This document shows, piece after piece, positions 1-9,678 of a stretch of 64,000 nt of DNA. Source of the DNA: an uncultured Pseudomonadales bacterium (GTDB lineage: Bacteria; Patescibacteriota; Microgenomatia; UBA1400; MFAQ01); assembly GCA_964513845.1 (NCBI GenBank), contig CAZENT010000003.1, positions 70,809 through 134,808 on the forward strand, read 5' to 3'. Position numbers and translations under genes: made by a program. Position 1 is the stretch's first letter. Each line of letters starts with the position of its first letter. The notes beneath the pieces were generated by a model. That model did no database searches. It worked only from the letters and a program-made list of their open reading frames with translations, and was not told the origin of the DNA.

Positions 1-137
1 TTGGCTCGCCTGGGAATGAATTTGGCAGTATTGGGGTAATTTGCAGAAGATTTTGCGGAGATTGGCCTTAATGATGTTTTATGATGTGGTATGTTTCAGT
101 TGCTTTACTAGGGGTAGTGTTACAAGATGATTACCGA

Positions 138-151
138 CACTAAATATTGTG
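138..151. promoter_or_regulatory. candidate NrdR-box-like palindrome (cactaaatattgtg) just upstream of the nrdR start
   Basis: Near-palindromic 14-nt motif with an AT core, resembling the NrdR operator consensus. It sits immediately 5' of nrdR-nrdJ. Confidence 0.3.
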
Positions 152-158
152 TTTGTTT

Positions 159-623
159 ATGAATTGTCCATATTGCAACAACGAAGACACATCAGTGCTT
201 GAAAGCCGAGGGCTACCGAGTGAAACCGGTATTCGACGCAGACGAGAGTGTAAAAAATGTGGCAAAAGATTTACCACGCATGAACGAGTGGTTAATATTG
301 ATTTGAAAGTGATTAAGAAGAGCGGTCGGGTGGAGCAGTATGATAGAGAAAAATTATTAAAAGGAATAAAAAAAGCTTGTTATAAAAGGAAGGTCGAAGA
401 AGAAGATATGGAAAATCTGGTTGATGAGATCGAGACGAAGCTTTTGAATAGAAAAACGGTAGAAATAAAGTCCAGCGACATCGGAAAGATGGTGTTGTCG
501 CGTCTTCTGAAACTTGACGACTTGGCGTATATGAGATTTGCGAGCGTTTATATGGATTTTGTAGATGCCAAAGAGTTTCAAGAGTTCGTGGCAGGGTCAA
601 AAAGATTAGCAATTAGTAATTAA
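159..623 (+). CDS. nrdR: transcriptional repressor NrdR (zinc ribbon + ATP-cone)
   Basis: N-terminal MNCPYCNN...CKKCGKRF zinc ribbon followed by an ATP-cone-like region, and it lies directly upstream of a ribonucleotide reductase gene. Start moved to the internal ATG giving MNCPYC. Confidence 0.85.
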   Translation: MNCPYCNNEDTSVLESRGLPSETGIRRRRECKKCGKRFTTHERVVNIDLKVIKKSGRVEQYDREKLLKGIKKACYKRKVEEEDMENLVDEIETKLLNRKTVEIKSSDIGKMVLSRLLKLDDLAYMRFASVYMDFVDAKEFQEFVAGSKRLAISN

Positions 624-628
624 ATATT

Positions 629-3058
629 ATGTCCGTATCATCAACAATCTATCAAAACATGAACAAAAAAAACGAAAAAGTTATTTCCGAGACTTATGAA
701 GAGGTGATGGCTGAAGTAAATAAAAAGGTAGGCGAGAGACCTGAGAAGCCAGCCGATCTGGCTCCTGGTGAATGGTCTGAGCAAGCAATTAAGGTGTTGA
801 AGGAGCGATATTTAGATAAAAATTCAGAGGGTGAGACGATAGAAACCCCAGATGAGTTGATTTGGAGAGTGGCCTTTACCATTGCCAGCGCCGAGTCTCG
901 ATTTGACGCTTCAATAAAAGAAATTATCGAAACGGCAAAAAGCTTTTATAAATTGATGGGAAGTCGGAAGTTCTTACCAAACTCGCCAACATTAATGAAT
1001 GCCGGCAAAAATAATGGTTTGCAGTATTCCGGCTGTTTTGTTTTGCCAGTCCCGGATTCTTTAGAGGGAATTTTTGACGCAATTAAGTTTCAAGCAATAA
1101 TTCATCAATCTGGAGGCGGTACAGGCTTTTCTTTTAGCCGACTTCGTCAGAAAGGCGCGACGGTAAAAAGAAGCAGAGGAGTAGCGAGCGGACCGATTAG
1201 TTTCATGAAAGTATTTAATGAAGCAACCCAACAGATTAAACAAGGAGGGACGCGAAGGGGGGCGAATATGGGAATTTTACGCGTAGATCACCCGGATGTT
1301 CGTGATTTTATTACCTGCAAACTTGATGGAGGACTAACGAATTTCAATATTTCCATTGCGGCGACTGATAAATTTATGGAAGCTTTAGCTAAGGGGGAGA
1401 AGTACGATATAGTCGAACCACACACGGATAAAGTAATTAGACAAGAGGATGCTCGCGAGATATTTGATTTGATTTGCGATTGTGCTTGGAGATCAGGGGA
1501 TCCGGGAATGATATTTATTGACCGAGTGAATTCCAGCGCAGCAAATCCAGTACCGAGTTTGGGACCGGTGGAAAGCACAAATCCTTGTGGTGAACAGCCA
1601 CTGTATCCTTTTGACGCTTGTAACTTGGGAAGCATTTTTCTTAACTATTTTGTGAAAGAGACTGACGGAAAACAAGAGGTTGATTGGGAGGAGTTGAAGA
1701 AAACGGCCAAAGAGGCTGTGCGATTCCTGGATGATGTGATTGAAATTAATCCATATCCCCTTCAACAGGTATGGGAAACGGTGAGGTCGATCCGAAGAGT
1801 CGGATTGGGAATTGGTGGCTGGGCTGACATGCTTTACCTTTTAGGGGTACCCTACAACTCGGAAGAAGCTTTGAAACTGGCGGAAAAGATTATGAAGACA
1901 ATTAATGATGCAGCTCACGATGAAAGCAGAGAGCTGGCAAAAGTTCGAGGGGCATTTCCTTTGTTCAGTGAAAGTATTTTTAAAGATGGCGAGCCAATAA
2001 GAAATGCGGCCATTACAACGATCGCTCCCACCGGAACAATTGGAATAATTGCCGATACAAGTGGAGGGTGTGAGCCGGTGTTTGCCTTGGCTTACAAACA
2101 CATGGTCAAGGATGAGTCATTAAATAGAGAAATGTTTTTTTCTGATCCAGCTTTTGCTGAGGTAGCCAAGAGAGAGGGTTTTTGGAGTGAAAAATTAATG
2201 GCTAGAGTTGCTGAGACAGGAAGTGTGCATGGAATAGATGAAGTGCCGGAAAAATGGCAGAAAGTATTAGTGACGGCTCACGAAATATCTCCAGAGTGGC
2301 ATGTAAAGATGCAAGCCGCTTGGCAAAAGAATTTGGACAATGCCGTTAGCAAAACAATTAATCTTCCGCACGAAGCTTTGGTTGATGATGTGGCTAAAGC
2401 GTATTTATCTGCTTACGAGCTTGGTTGTATGGGGATTACTATATATAGAGACGGATGTAAAGAGTGGCAAGTGCTGAACGTGGGAACGAAAAAAGAGGAA
2501 ATTAAAGTAGAAGAAAAAGAAGTTATCGAGGCGGCTGATTTGAGAACAAGACCAAGTAAACTTCAGGGTAATACTTATAAAATAAAAACTCCTGTTGGAA
2601 CAGCTTTTGTAGTAATCAATGCTGACGAAATGGGAAATCCGTTTGAGGTGTTTATTAATGTGGGCAAGGCGGGTTCTCATGTTATGGCCGACGCAGAAGC
2701 GATAGGAAGATTGATATCATTATCTCTTCGTGTGCCATCGGAGTATCCCGCTAAGGCGGTGGCAGAAGCTGTGATTGATCAACTGTCTGGAATTGGTGGC
2801 GCGGACAGCGTGGGATTCGGCAATAACAGAATCAGAAGTCTGGCTGACGGTGTGGCAAAGGTAATGAGGGAGTATTTGAGAGCTGATGAAAATAATGCTG
2901 AAAGTGGCGAAGAAATTAAGTTGGATTTTTCGGCGACACAGCAAGAACTACCTCTTCAATTGAAGAAAGGGGACCTCTGTCCTGATTGTGGACAAGCCAG
3001 TTTGGTTTTAGAAGAGGGGTGTCAAAAATGTTATTCTTGCGGTGCCAGCAAATGCTGA
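629..3058 (+). CDS. nrdJ: ribonucleoside-diphosphate/triphosphate reductase, class II, adenosylcobalamin-dependent
   Basis: 809 aa with class II RNR hallmarks (NPCGEQPL active-site Cys loop, GGGTG region) and a C-terminal CxxC...CxxC zinc finger. Confidence 0.85.
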   Translation: MSVSSTIYQNMNKKNEKVISETYEEVMAEVNKKVGERPEKPADLAPGEWSEQAIKVLKERYLDKNSEGETIETPDELIWRVAFTIASAESRFDASIKEIIETAKSFYKLMGSRKFLPNSPTLMNAGKNNGLQYSGCFVLPVPDSLEGIFDAIKFQAIIHQSGGGTGFSFSRLRQKGATVKRSRGVASGPISFMKVFNEATQQIKQGGTRRGANMGILRVDHPDVRDFITCKLDGGLTNFNISIAATDKFMEALAKGEKYDIVEPHTDKVIRQEDAREIFDLICDCAWRSGDPGMIFIDRVNSSAANPVPSLGPVESTNPCGEQPLYPFDACNLGSIFLNYFVKETDGKQEVDWEELKKTAKEAVRFLDDVIEINPYPLQQVWETVRSIRRVGLGIGGWADMLYLLGVPYNSEEALKLAEKIMKTINDAAHDESRELAKVRGAFPLFSESIFKDGEPIRNAAITTIAPTGTIGIIADTSGGCEPVFALAYKHMVKDESLNREMFFSDPAFAEVAKREGFWSEKLMARVAETGSVHGIDEVPEKWQKVLVTAHEISPEWHVKMQAAWQKNLDNAVSKTINLPHEALVDDVAKAYLSAYELGCMGITIYRDGCKEWQVLNVGTKKEEIKVEEKEVIEAADLRTRPSKLQGNTYKIKTPVGTAFVVINADEMGNPFEVFINVGKAGSHVMADAEAIGRLISLSLRVPSEYPAKAVAEAVIDQLSGIGGADSVGFGNNRIRSLADGVAKVMREYLRADENNAESGEEIKLDFSATQQELPLQLKKGDLCPDCGQASLVLEEGCQKCYSCGASKC

Positions 3059-3364
3059 TATGATTAGTGTTGTTGTGATACTGTTTGATTAGTTTGCAAC
3101 GATATTTGACAAGACTGCAAATATAGTATTTAATGATATTAGGTAATTGTGATTACTATCAGTCTTTTGTTGACATTGCTAATACGTTCTTTTGTGGTTA
3201 TTTTCGCTTAGTATCAATCTTTTCTTGTCTATCAGGTGGTCTGTTGTTCGTATCGTTGATGTTTTGAAGGTGGACAGTGCCTTGACAGTATAGTTTTATT
3301 TATATTCCTCACCTTTTTCACAATCCTATCTATATTTTTGACGAAAGAGATATATTAATTATGG

Positions 3365-3913
3365 ATGAAGAAAAAAGATGGAATGATTTACGTATTTGAA
3401 GGTTATGGAAAGGGAAAGACCAGCGCGGCATTGGGAGTAGCTGTTCGGATGTTGTTACTTAAGAAAAATGTAGTATGGATATCTTGGTTTAAAGAGAGAC
3501 GATGGAAAATTACCGAGATGCGTTTGGCAAGGAAATTTAAAGATAATTTAAAAATGCACTGGATGGGAAGAGGTTTTTATGGAGGTCCAGATGATCACGA
3601 CACCCCAGATAGACATATAAATGCAGCTGAGGAAGCACTTTCTTTGGCAAGAGATGTTTTAGCCACAAAAGAAGGAAAGAGGAGCGTGGATTTATTGGTT
3701 TTGGATGAAGTAATTAGAGCAGTTAATGACAGAGTATTAAAGATTGATGATTTGCTGGAAGTTATCAATAACAGGGGTGCGACACATCTAGTACTGACAG
3801 GACATGATTGCCCTGTGAAGTTAAGAGAGGTGGCTGATCTAGTGACAGAAATGAAGAAAATAAAACATCCCTTTGATAAGGATGTTTTGGCAGTTCGAGG
3901 ACTGGATTTTTAA
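3365..3913 (+). CDS. cobA: cob(I)yrinic acid a,c-diamide / cob(I)alamin adenosyltransferase (CobA/CobO/BtuR family)
   Basis: YVFEGYGKGKTSAALG P-loop, LLVLDEV, VLTGHDCP and KHPFDKDVLAVRGLDF match the BtuR/CobO family throughout. It would produce the AdoCbl cofactor for NrdJ. Confidence 0.8.
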   Translation: MKKKDGMIYVFEGYGKGKTSAALGVAVRMLLLKKNVVWISWFKERRWKITEMRLARKFKDNLKMHWMGRGFYGGPDDHDTPDRHINAAEEALSLARDVLATKEGKRSVDLLVLDEVIRAVNDRVLKIDDLLEVINNRGATHLVLTGHDCPVKLREVADLVTEMKKIKHPFDKDVLAVRGLDF

Positions 3914-3927
3914 GGTATAGTTAAAGT

Positions 3928-4290
3928 ATGCCTGCCGTAGGTAAGGAAATAGAACGTCCAGTTATACCCAGCGATACAACTCAACCTGTTGAGCAGGCGA
4001 GTTATGTGGAGAGAGTGGAAAGGCAAGTTGAAACCCAACAACCGGCTAGTATACAAAAGCCACAACCGCAGACCGAGGATAGTAATAAGGGGGATATGGG
4101 AAAGATTGTGTCGGCTCAGTTTGCTGTTCAAACAAAACCAAACATCACCTTGCCAATGGATGAAGAAGAGGTGATTGAGGGATTGCACCACAAGGTTTGG
4201 GAGGGAGTAAGATGGGCTTCAGAATGGTGTGTAATGATGATTAAAAAATATCCAGGAAGAGTATTTTATCTTCCACCTGAAACAAAATGA
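3928..4290 (+). CDS. hypothetical Q/P-rich protein, translationally coupled to the downstream VirD4-like gene (ATGA overlap)
   Basis: ORF of 120 aa. Its stop overlaps the start of the next gene. Confidence 0.35.
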   Translation: MPAVGKEIERPVIPSDTTQPVEQASYVERVERQVETQQPASIQKPQPQTEDSNKGDMGKIVSAQFAVQTKPNITLPMDEEEVIEGLHHKVWEGVRWASEWCVMMIKKYPGRVFYLPPETK

Positions 4291-6617
4291 TAAACAACAA
4301 TAATTACAACTACTGGATTCAGTATGGTGTGGTTGTTTTGTTGGGTATGGTGGTAATTATTGGAGTAATGATAGTCTGCTGGATGTTGTTTGTTGTGTGG
4401 CTAAGGAATAAAAATAGAGAAGAGGTGAGTTTGAAGTTTGTGTTGTTGGAGATTGCCGTACCCAAGGATAATGAGGTAAAAATAGACGCGGTTGAGCAGA
4501 TGTTCTCTTCTCTTTTTTCCATAAAAAGAGGAGGTTTTTGGCAAAAATATAAATCCCAACAACATTTGTCACTAGAAATCGTGGGAAAAAAAGAAGATAT
4601 CCATTTTTATGTATCGTGCCACAAGGACAACATGGAGTTGGTGGAAAAAACGATTGCCGGAACATATTCCGGAGTTCAGGTAAAACAAGTTGATGAATAC
4701 AACATCTTTTATAAAGATGCGGCGGTTGCTTTTACGGAGCTGGCGCTCAAAGGACCAAGTTTTAAACCGATAAAAACATACAAAGATTTACCGGTTGATC
4801 CCCTTGCTGCAATTACAGCTTCGATGGCAAAGTTCGGAGATAATGAGGCCGCAGCCATTCAGATAATTGTGTCTCCGGCTGAGTCAAGCTGGAGTAAATC
4901 CGGTGAGGGATACGTAGCCAAACTAAAAAAGGATGAGGCAAATCCAGAGAAAGCTAAGTTTAAGATGAACCCGCAAGATATGGAAGCAATCACAAGTAAA
5001 TGTAGTAAGGTGGGATTTTTGACGAGTGTGAGAATGATCAGTATAGCCCCAAATGAGGGTATAGCCAAAGCAAATTTGTCAAACTTAAAAAGTACCTTTT
5101 CACAGTTTGCCGGAAGCCAAAATGGATTTTCAGGACGAAATATTCGTTTGAAACAAATGTTTATGACCGATTTTCTTTATCGGTACCAAAATATGTGGGG
5201 TAACAACTCGGTGTTGTCGGCTGATGAGGTAGCCACAATTTGGCATTTACCAAATAAAACAATTGATACACCACACATCTTTTGGTTGACGGCAAAAAGT
5301 GCTCCGGCAACAGGAGGGTTTCCAGACAATGGATTGTGGCTTGGAAGATCAATATACCGTGGACAAGAGAGAAATATCTATATGGGTGAGCGCGACAGAA
5401 TGCGCCATATGTATATCATCGGACGTACCGGTACTGGAAAGACGGAATTGTTAAAATCGATGATTATTCAAGACATGAGAGCCGGTAAGGGACTATGCTT
5501 TTTGGAACCACACGGCGAAGGTATTGAGGAACTGATGGAGTTGGTACCACCAGAGAGAGCAGAAGATGTTATTTTCTTTGATCCGACAGATGATGAGAGA
5601 CCAATAGGCTTTAATTTGTTGGAAGTTAACAATTATGACGAGATGTACCAAGTAGCTTCTTCAATTATCAACCTGATGTACAAACTGTTTGATCCGCATC
5701 GAACTGGTATGGTGGGTGCTAGATTTGAACATGCTGTCCGAAACGCCATGCTCACTGTTGCGATGGTTCCGGGAGCAACCTTTATCGAAGTTAACCGTGC
5801 ATTAACCGATCAAAAATATGTTCAAGAAATTCTTCCATTGGTCAAAGATCCTATTGTAAGACGTTACTGGACTGATCAGATTGCGCAGACTTCTGACTTT
5901 CACAAAAGTGAAACACTTGACTATATCTCTTCCAAGTTTGGCCGCTTTGTGACAAACAAAAGGATTCGCAACATCATTGGTCAATCAAAAAGCACTTTGA
6001 ATTTCCGTGAAGCGATGGATAACAATAAGATTGTTTTCTTGAAACTGGCTAAAGGACTTTTAGGAGAAGAGGATGCAAGTTTCTTGGGGCTTGTTTTGAT
6101 TCCGAAGATTTTGGCTGCAGCATTATCAAGACAAGATATGCCGAAAGAAAAGAGAACGCCGTTTAACCTGTATGTTGATGAGTTCCAAAACTTTGCAACA
6201 CCAGATTTTGCCCAGATGTTATCTGAGGTGCGTAAATACAACATGTCTTTGACTTTGGCAAACCAGTTTGTAAGTCAGCTAGATGAACAAGTAAGAGATG
6301 CAATTTTTGGAAATACGGGCACGCTAATGACGTATCGTGTGGGCATGCAGGATGCTCAGATTCTCTCAAAAGAGTTTGAACCAGTGTTTAACGAAACAGA
6401 TTTAACCAATGTGCCTGCAAGAACAATTTACATTAAAACAATTGTTAACGAGTCACCGGTACCGCCATTTTCAATGAATGTAGAACGAGATTTGAAGGCT
6501 GAAAGGGCGCAAGGAAGTCCGGAAATATCCAGAATGATTAAAGAACTGTCTAGATTAAAGTATGGAAGGGATGAAGCTGAGGTGGAGGAGGAAATTCAAA
6601 AGAGAAGTAATCTTTAA
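4287..6617 (+). CDS. VirD4/TraG/TraD-like coupling-protein ATPase (type IV secretion / DNA-transfer type), N-terminal transmembrane
   Basis: N-terminal TM helices, Walker A IIGRTGTGKTE, Walker B LYVDEFQNF and a QFVSQL motif typical of the TraG/VirD4 C-terminal domain. Confidence 0.55.
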   Translation: MINNNNYNYWIQYGVVVLLGMVVIIGVMIVCWMLFVVWLRNKNREEVSLKFVLLEIAVPKDNEVKIDAVEQMFSSLFSIKRGGFWQKYKSQQHLSLEIVGKKEDIHFYVSCHKDNMELVEKTIAGTYSGVQVKQVDEYNIFYKDAAVAFTELALKGPSFKPIKTYKDLPVDPLAAITASMAKFGDNEAAAIQIIVSPAESSWSKSGEGYVAKLKKDEANPEKAKFKMNPQDMEAITSKCSKVGFLTSVRMISIAPNEGIAKANLSNLKSTFSQFAGSQNGFSGRNIRLKQMFMTDFLYRYQNMWGNNSVLSADEVATIWHLPNKTIDTPHIFWLTAKSAPATGGFPDNGLWLGRSIYRGQERNIYMGERDRMRHMYIIGRTGTGKTELLKSMIIQDMRAGKGLCFLEPHGEGIEELMELVPPERAEDVIFFDPTDDERPIGFNLLEVNNYDEMYQVASSIINLMYKLFDPHRTGMVGARFEHAVRNAMLTVAMVPGATFIEVNRALTDQKYVQEILPLVKDPIVRRYWTDQIAQTSDFHKSETLDYISSKFGRFVTNKRIRNIIGQSKSTLNFREAMDNNKIVFLKLAKGLLGEEDASFLGLVLIPKILAAALSRQDMPKEKRTPFNLYVDEFQNFATPDFAQMLSEVRKYNMSLTLANQFVSQLDEQVRDAIFGNTGTLMTYRVGMQDAQILSKEFEPVFNETDLTNVPARTIYIKTIVNESPVPPFSMNVERDLKAERAQGSPEISRMIKELSRLKYGRDEAEVEEEIQKRSNL

Positions 6618-6642
6618 CCTTAGTGGTAAAATATTGCAGATT

Positions 6643-6716
6643 GGGCCGATAGCTCAGCTGGTTAGAGCGTCGAGCTTATACCTCGAATGTCCCAGGTCCG
6701 AATCCTGGTCGGCCCA
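6643..6716 (+). tRNA. tRNA-Ile (anticodon UAU)
   Basis: Cloverleaf folded by hand: acceptor gggccga/tcggccc, D arm gctc-agctggtta-gagc, anticodon stem tcgag/ctcga with loop cttatac (anticodon TAT), T arm ccagg-tccgaat-cctgg. Confidence 0.7.
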
Positions 6717-6719
6717 CAA

Positions 6720-7085
6720 ATGAAAGTAAAATCAAAAAAGATAAAAGTTAAAAACGATAAGATTCTTCGATTGGCACACTCTGACGAAGAGTTGAACGAT
6801 ACTGCTTCGAACCTACCCTGGTCACAAGAAATGGTAATTACCGGCAATATGAATTTGGGGAAGAGTGGAAACCCAGTGACAATATTTGTGGAAGACGAAG
6901 TGACGGGAGAACAGCTTGAAGTTTCTGGTGTGAGAAACGCATTTTTAATTGTTGAGGATACCAGAAAATCTACTTCCGGTTGGTTAGCCTTGGCTGTAGG
7001 ATCAATGGAAAAGATGTCAGAAGTGTTGGGATTTCTTTCTCAGACAACGATGGAAGCATTAAAAAAGCTAGTCAATAAAGACTAG
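6720..7085 (+). CDS. hypothetical protein (start trimmed so it does not overlap the tRNA)
   Basis: ORF lying between the tRNA and a convergent tyrosine recombinase, with no recognisable motifs. Confidence 0.35.
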   Translation: MKVKSKKIKVKNDKILRLAHSDEELNDTASNLPWSQEMVITGNMNLGKSGNPVTIFVEDEVTGEQLEVSGVRNAFLIVEDTRKSTSGWLALAVGSMEKMSEVLGFLSQTTMEALKKLVNKD

Positions 7086-7111
7086 CTTCTTTAATTAACT
7101 AAAGAGACTTT

Positions 7112-7987
7112 TTAAAGGTCTATTAGTTTTGGTTTATCCTTAGCAGGCTTTTCGGAAATAAATTCAAGATACTTTTCGGTGGTGGACAATCTTTTGTGTC
7201 CAACTAATTTACTAATGTAGACCAAAGGACTACCTGAGGTAAGTTGCTGAGCGATAAAAGTATGTCTTAAGTCGTTGACTTTGGCGTTTTCAATTCCAGC
7301 AATGTGAAAGTAACGGTCAAGATTGGAGCGAATGTTTCTGATTAAGAAAGCGTTTCCAGTCTTGGTGATGAAAACGTAGGTGTTGCCACTTTTTGGGCGA
7401 GTTTCCATGTAACGAGCGAGAGACTCTTTAACTGGTTGGTTTAAAGGAATCACACGTTCTGGGTGAGATTCGTAAGCACGAATGGTAATTTGGTTACTGG
7501 CTAAGTCGATGTCGGCGATTTTGAGGTTGGCCAACTCAGAAATACGCATACCTGTTTGAAGTAAAAGCTCAACAATAGCCGCCATTCTTAAATCTTCACG
7601 GCAAGCGTCACGAAGAGCACGATACTCAATCTTGTTTAAGATACGAGGTGGTTTGATGTCATATTTAGGGTGAGTGACGTTGGTGGCTGGATTTTCGGAG
7701 ATAGCACCGTTGGCAATCACGTAGGTGAAAAATGACTTAATGGAGTTGATCTTGCGAGAGATGGATTTGGTGGTGTAGTTTTGTTCGGAAAGACTCTCTT
7801 TGAAAGCATCAATATCTTCCTTGGTAACTTCTGAAAGATTACTCTTGTTTGATTTGGCCACAAAATTAGCCAACTGCTCAATGTCCTTAGAGTAGGCTAA
7901 AATAGTAGCAGAAGCTCTGCCTTGAGAGGCCAAGTGGCTCTTGAAAGCAGTAACTGCTTGTTTGATGTTTTGATCAATTTGTTCCAT
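7112..7987 (-). CDS. tyrosine recombinase / integrase, XerC/XerD family
   Basis: N-terminal SAM-like core-binding region, and C-terminal LRHTFIAQ (HxxR) and GHKRLSTTEKYLEF (catalytic Tyr) motifs. It lies about 400 bp from a tRNA gene. Confidence 0.7.
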   Translation of the reverse strand: MEQIDQNIKQAVTAFKSHLASQGRASATILAYSKDIEQLANFVAKSNKSNLSEVTKEDIDAFKESLSEQNYTTKSISRKINSIKSFFTYVIANGAISENPATNVTHPKYDIKPPRILNKIEYRALRDACREDLRMAAIVELLLQTGMRISELANLKIADIDLASNQITIRAYESHPERVIPLNQPVKESLARYMETRPKSGNTYVFITKTGNAFLIRNIRSNLDRYFHIAGIENAKVNDLRHTFIAQQLTSGSPLVYISKLVGHKRLSTTEKYLEFISEKPAKDKPKLIDL

Positions 7988-8039
7988 ATTTGTTACAAAA
8001 TTATTTATGGCACTTATTATAACACTCTAGGTTCTTAAA

Positions 8040-8417
8040 ATGCAAGCTCAAAATAGAGGCAACGCCAATAACGATAAAAAGGGTTGGATCAAGGGGATAA
8101 TTTTAATTATCGCCTGGGTGCTCATTTTTTCTCTGGCAAAAGATCTTTGGCAGCTGAAAAAGGGATATGTTCGAATCGACGAAGTAAAGAAACGGTTGGT
8201 GGAAGAGGAGAATATAAATAAAATGCTAAAGGATAAGCTTGAAATGGTGATGACTGACGAGTACAAAGAGAGGATAATTCGTGAACAGCTGAATATGCAG
8301 AAAGTGGGGGAGGTGGTGGCTGTGTTACCAAAAGACAGCTCGCTAAAAAATGAAATTACCCATGATGAAGAAAGCACCATGGAGAACTGGGAAAAATGGT
8401 GGATACTACTCAAATAG
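8040..8417 (+). CDS. septum formation initiator family protein (FtsB/DivIC-like)
   Basis: Single N-terminal TM helix followed by a coiled-coil-like K/E-rich region, with size and layout typical of FtsB/DivIC. Confidence 0.45.
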   Translation: MQAQNRGNANNDKKGWIKGIILIIAWVLIFSLAKDLWQLKKGYVRIDEVKKRLVEEENINKMLKDKLEMVMTDEYKERIIREQLNMQKVGEVVAVLPKDSSLKNEITHDEESTMENWEKWWILLK

Positions 8418-8579
8418 CCTCAATGGACCATATGGTTGCGGGTCTAGGGTTCCGCCCCCTAGTTAAGCAGGATTATGAGCCCTGCAAGATACTTACCTTC
8501 CACCCGCAAATTAACGAACAAGGGTATTCTAGCACGAACGAGCCTGGAGAGCAACTTTTACGGTATAATAACGGTGTTT

Positions 8580-8655
8580 GGCGGGGTAGCTCAGCTGGTT
8601 AGAGCGCCGGATTCATAAACCGGAGGTTTCGCGGGTTCGACTCCCGCCCCCGCTA
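8580..8655 (+). tRNA. tRNA with CAU anticodon (elongator Met or lysidine-modified Ile2; not initiator-like)
   Basis: Hand-folded cloverleaf with a G1-U72 acceptor stem, D arm gctc/gagc, anticodon loop ttCATaa and T arm gcggg-ttcgact-cccgc. It lacks the three G-C pairs of initiator tRNA. A TATAAT-like box lies about 10 nt upstream. Confidence 0.65.
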
Positions 8656-8678
8656 CTTTAGAAGTAAGAAGTTTAAAA

Positions 8679-9677
8679 ATGAAAAAAAGAATACTGACAG
8701 GGGATAGACCAAGCGGGAGATTACACCTAGGGCATTTTGTGGGTTCGTTGGCTAACAGGGTTAAGCTTCAGGATGAGTATGATCAGTATGTCTTAATTGC
8801 CGATGTTCAGGCATTAACCGATAACTTTGCCAATCCTCAGCTGGTGGCTGATTCCGTTAAAGAGCTGGTTTTGGATTATGTGGCAGCCGGAATAGATCCG
8901 AGTAAAAGTACAATCGTGGTTCAGTCGAAAATTCCGGCAATTGCAGAGTTGACCATTTTTTATATGAATTTGGTGAGTTTGAATCGTGTGCTTAGAAATC
9001 CTACAGTAAAAACCGAGATTGAACAAAAGGGATTTGGAGAGTCTGTTCCTGCCGGATTTGCGATGTATCCAGTATCCCAAGCCGCCGATATTACAGCATT
9101 TAACGCTGATTTGGTGCCCGTAGGAGAAGACCAGCTGCCAATGATCGAACAAACCAGAGAAATTGTCAGAAAGTTTAATTCTTTGTATGGTGAGATCTTG
9201 AAAGAACCAGAAGCTTTACTGGGTGATTTTCCTCGTTTGATAGGCTTGGATGGAAAATCAAAGATGAGTAAAAGTACCGGCAACTGTATTTTCTTAGCCG
9301 ATTCAGCTGAGGAAGTGCAGAAAAAGGTGATGAGTATGTATACCGATCCGACCAGGTTGAAACCAACCGACCCCGGAACTGTCGAAGGAAATCCCGTTTT
9401 TACGTATCACGAAGCATTTAATCCCAACAAAGAAGAGGTTGAAGATTTGAAAGCTCGATATCGTGCCGGAACTGTAGGAGATGTAGAAGTAAAACAAAAA
9501 CTTATCGTGGCGATAAATAATTTATTAGAGCCGATGAGAGTCAGAAGAGCCGAGCTTGAGAGTAATCCAGAAAAATTAGAGGCTATTTTGAGAGAAGGGG
9601 TGGAAAAAGGAAGAGTGATCACCGAAGAGGTTCTGAAGAAAGTAAAAGAAGCTATGAAAATTAATTATAATTTTTAA
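8679..9677 (+). CDS. trpS: tryptophanyl-tRNA synthetase
   Basis: Class I HIGH-type motif (GRLHLGHF) and KMSKS, at 332 aa. Confidence 0.9.
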   Translation: MKKRILTGDRPSGRLHLGHFVGSLANRVKLQDEYDQYVLIADVQALTDNFANPQLVADSVKELVLDYVAAGIDPSKSTIVVQSKIPAIAELTIFYMNLVSLNRVLRNPTVKTEIEQKGFGESVPAGFAMYPVSQAADITAFNADLVPVGEDQLPMIEQTREIVRKFNSLYGEILKEPEALLGDFPRLIGLDGKSKMSKSTGNCIFLADSAEEVQKKVMSMYTDPTRLKPTDPGTVEGNPVFTYHEAFNPNKEEVEDLKARYRAGTVGDVEVKQKLIVAINNLLEPMRVRRAELESNPEKLEAILREGVEKGRVITEEVLKKVKEAMKINYNF

Positions 9678-9678
9678 G

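Noticed and set aside
3059-3364. Possible cobalamin riboswitch between nrdJ and cobA
   Set aside because: I could not find the conserved B12-box (GCCACUG) or the characteristic GGUG/GGGAA core. Only a one-mismatch reverse-strand match is present. I am leaving it as an unexplained long AT-rich spacer.
6687-6719. Upstream extension of the post-tRNA ORF (start at 6687)
   Set aside because: It would overlap the 3' half of tRNA-Ile. It was trimmed to the first ATG downstream of the tRNA.
8396-8602. 68-aa ORF overlapping tRNA(CAU)
   Set aside because: It overlaps a well-folding tRNA and a structured GC-rich segment. It has no RBS and no motifs.
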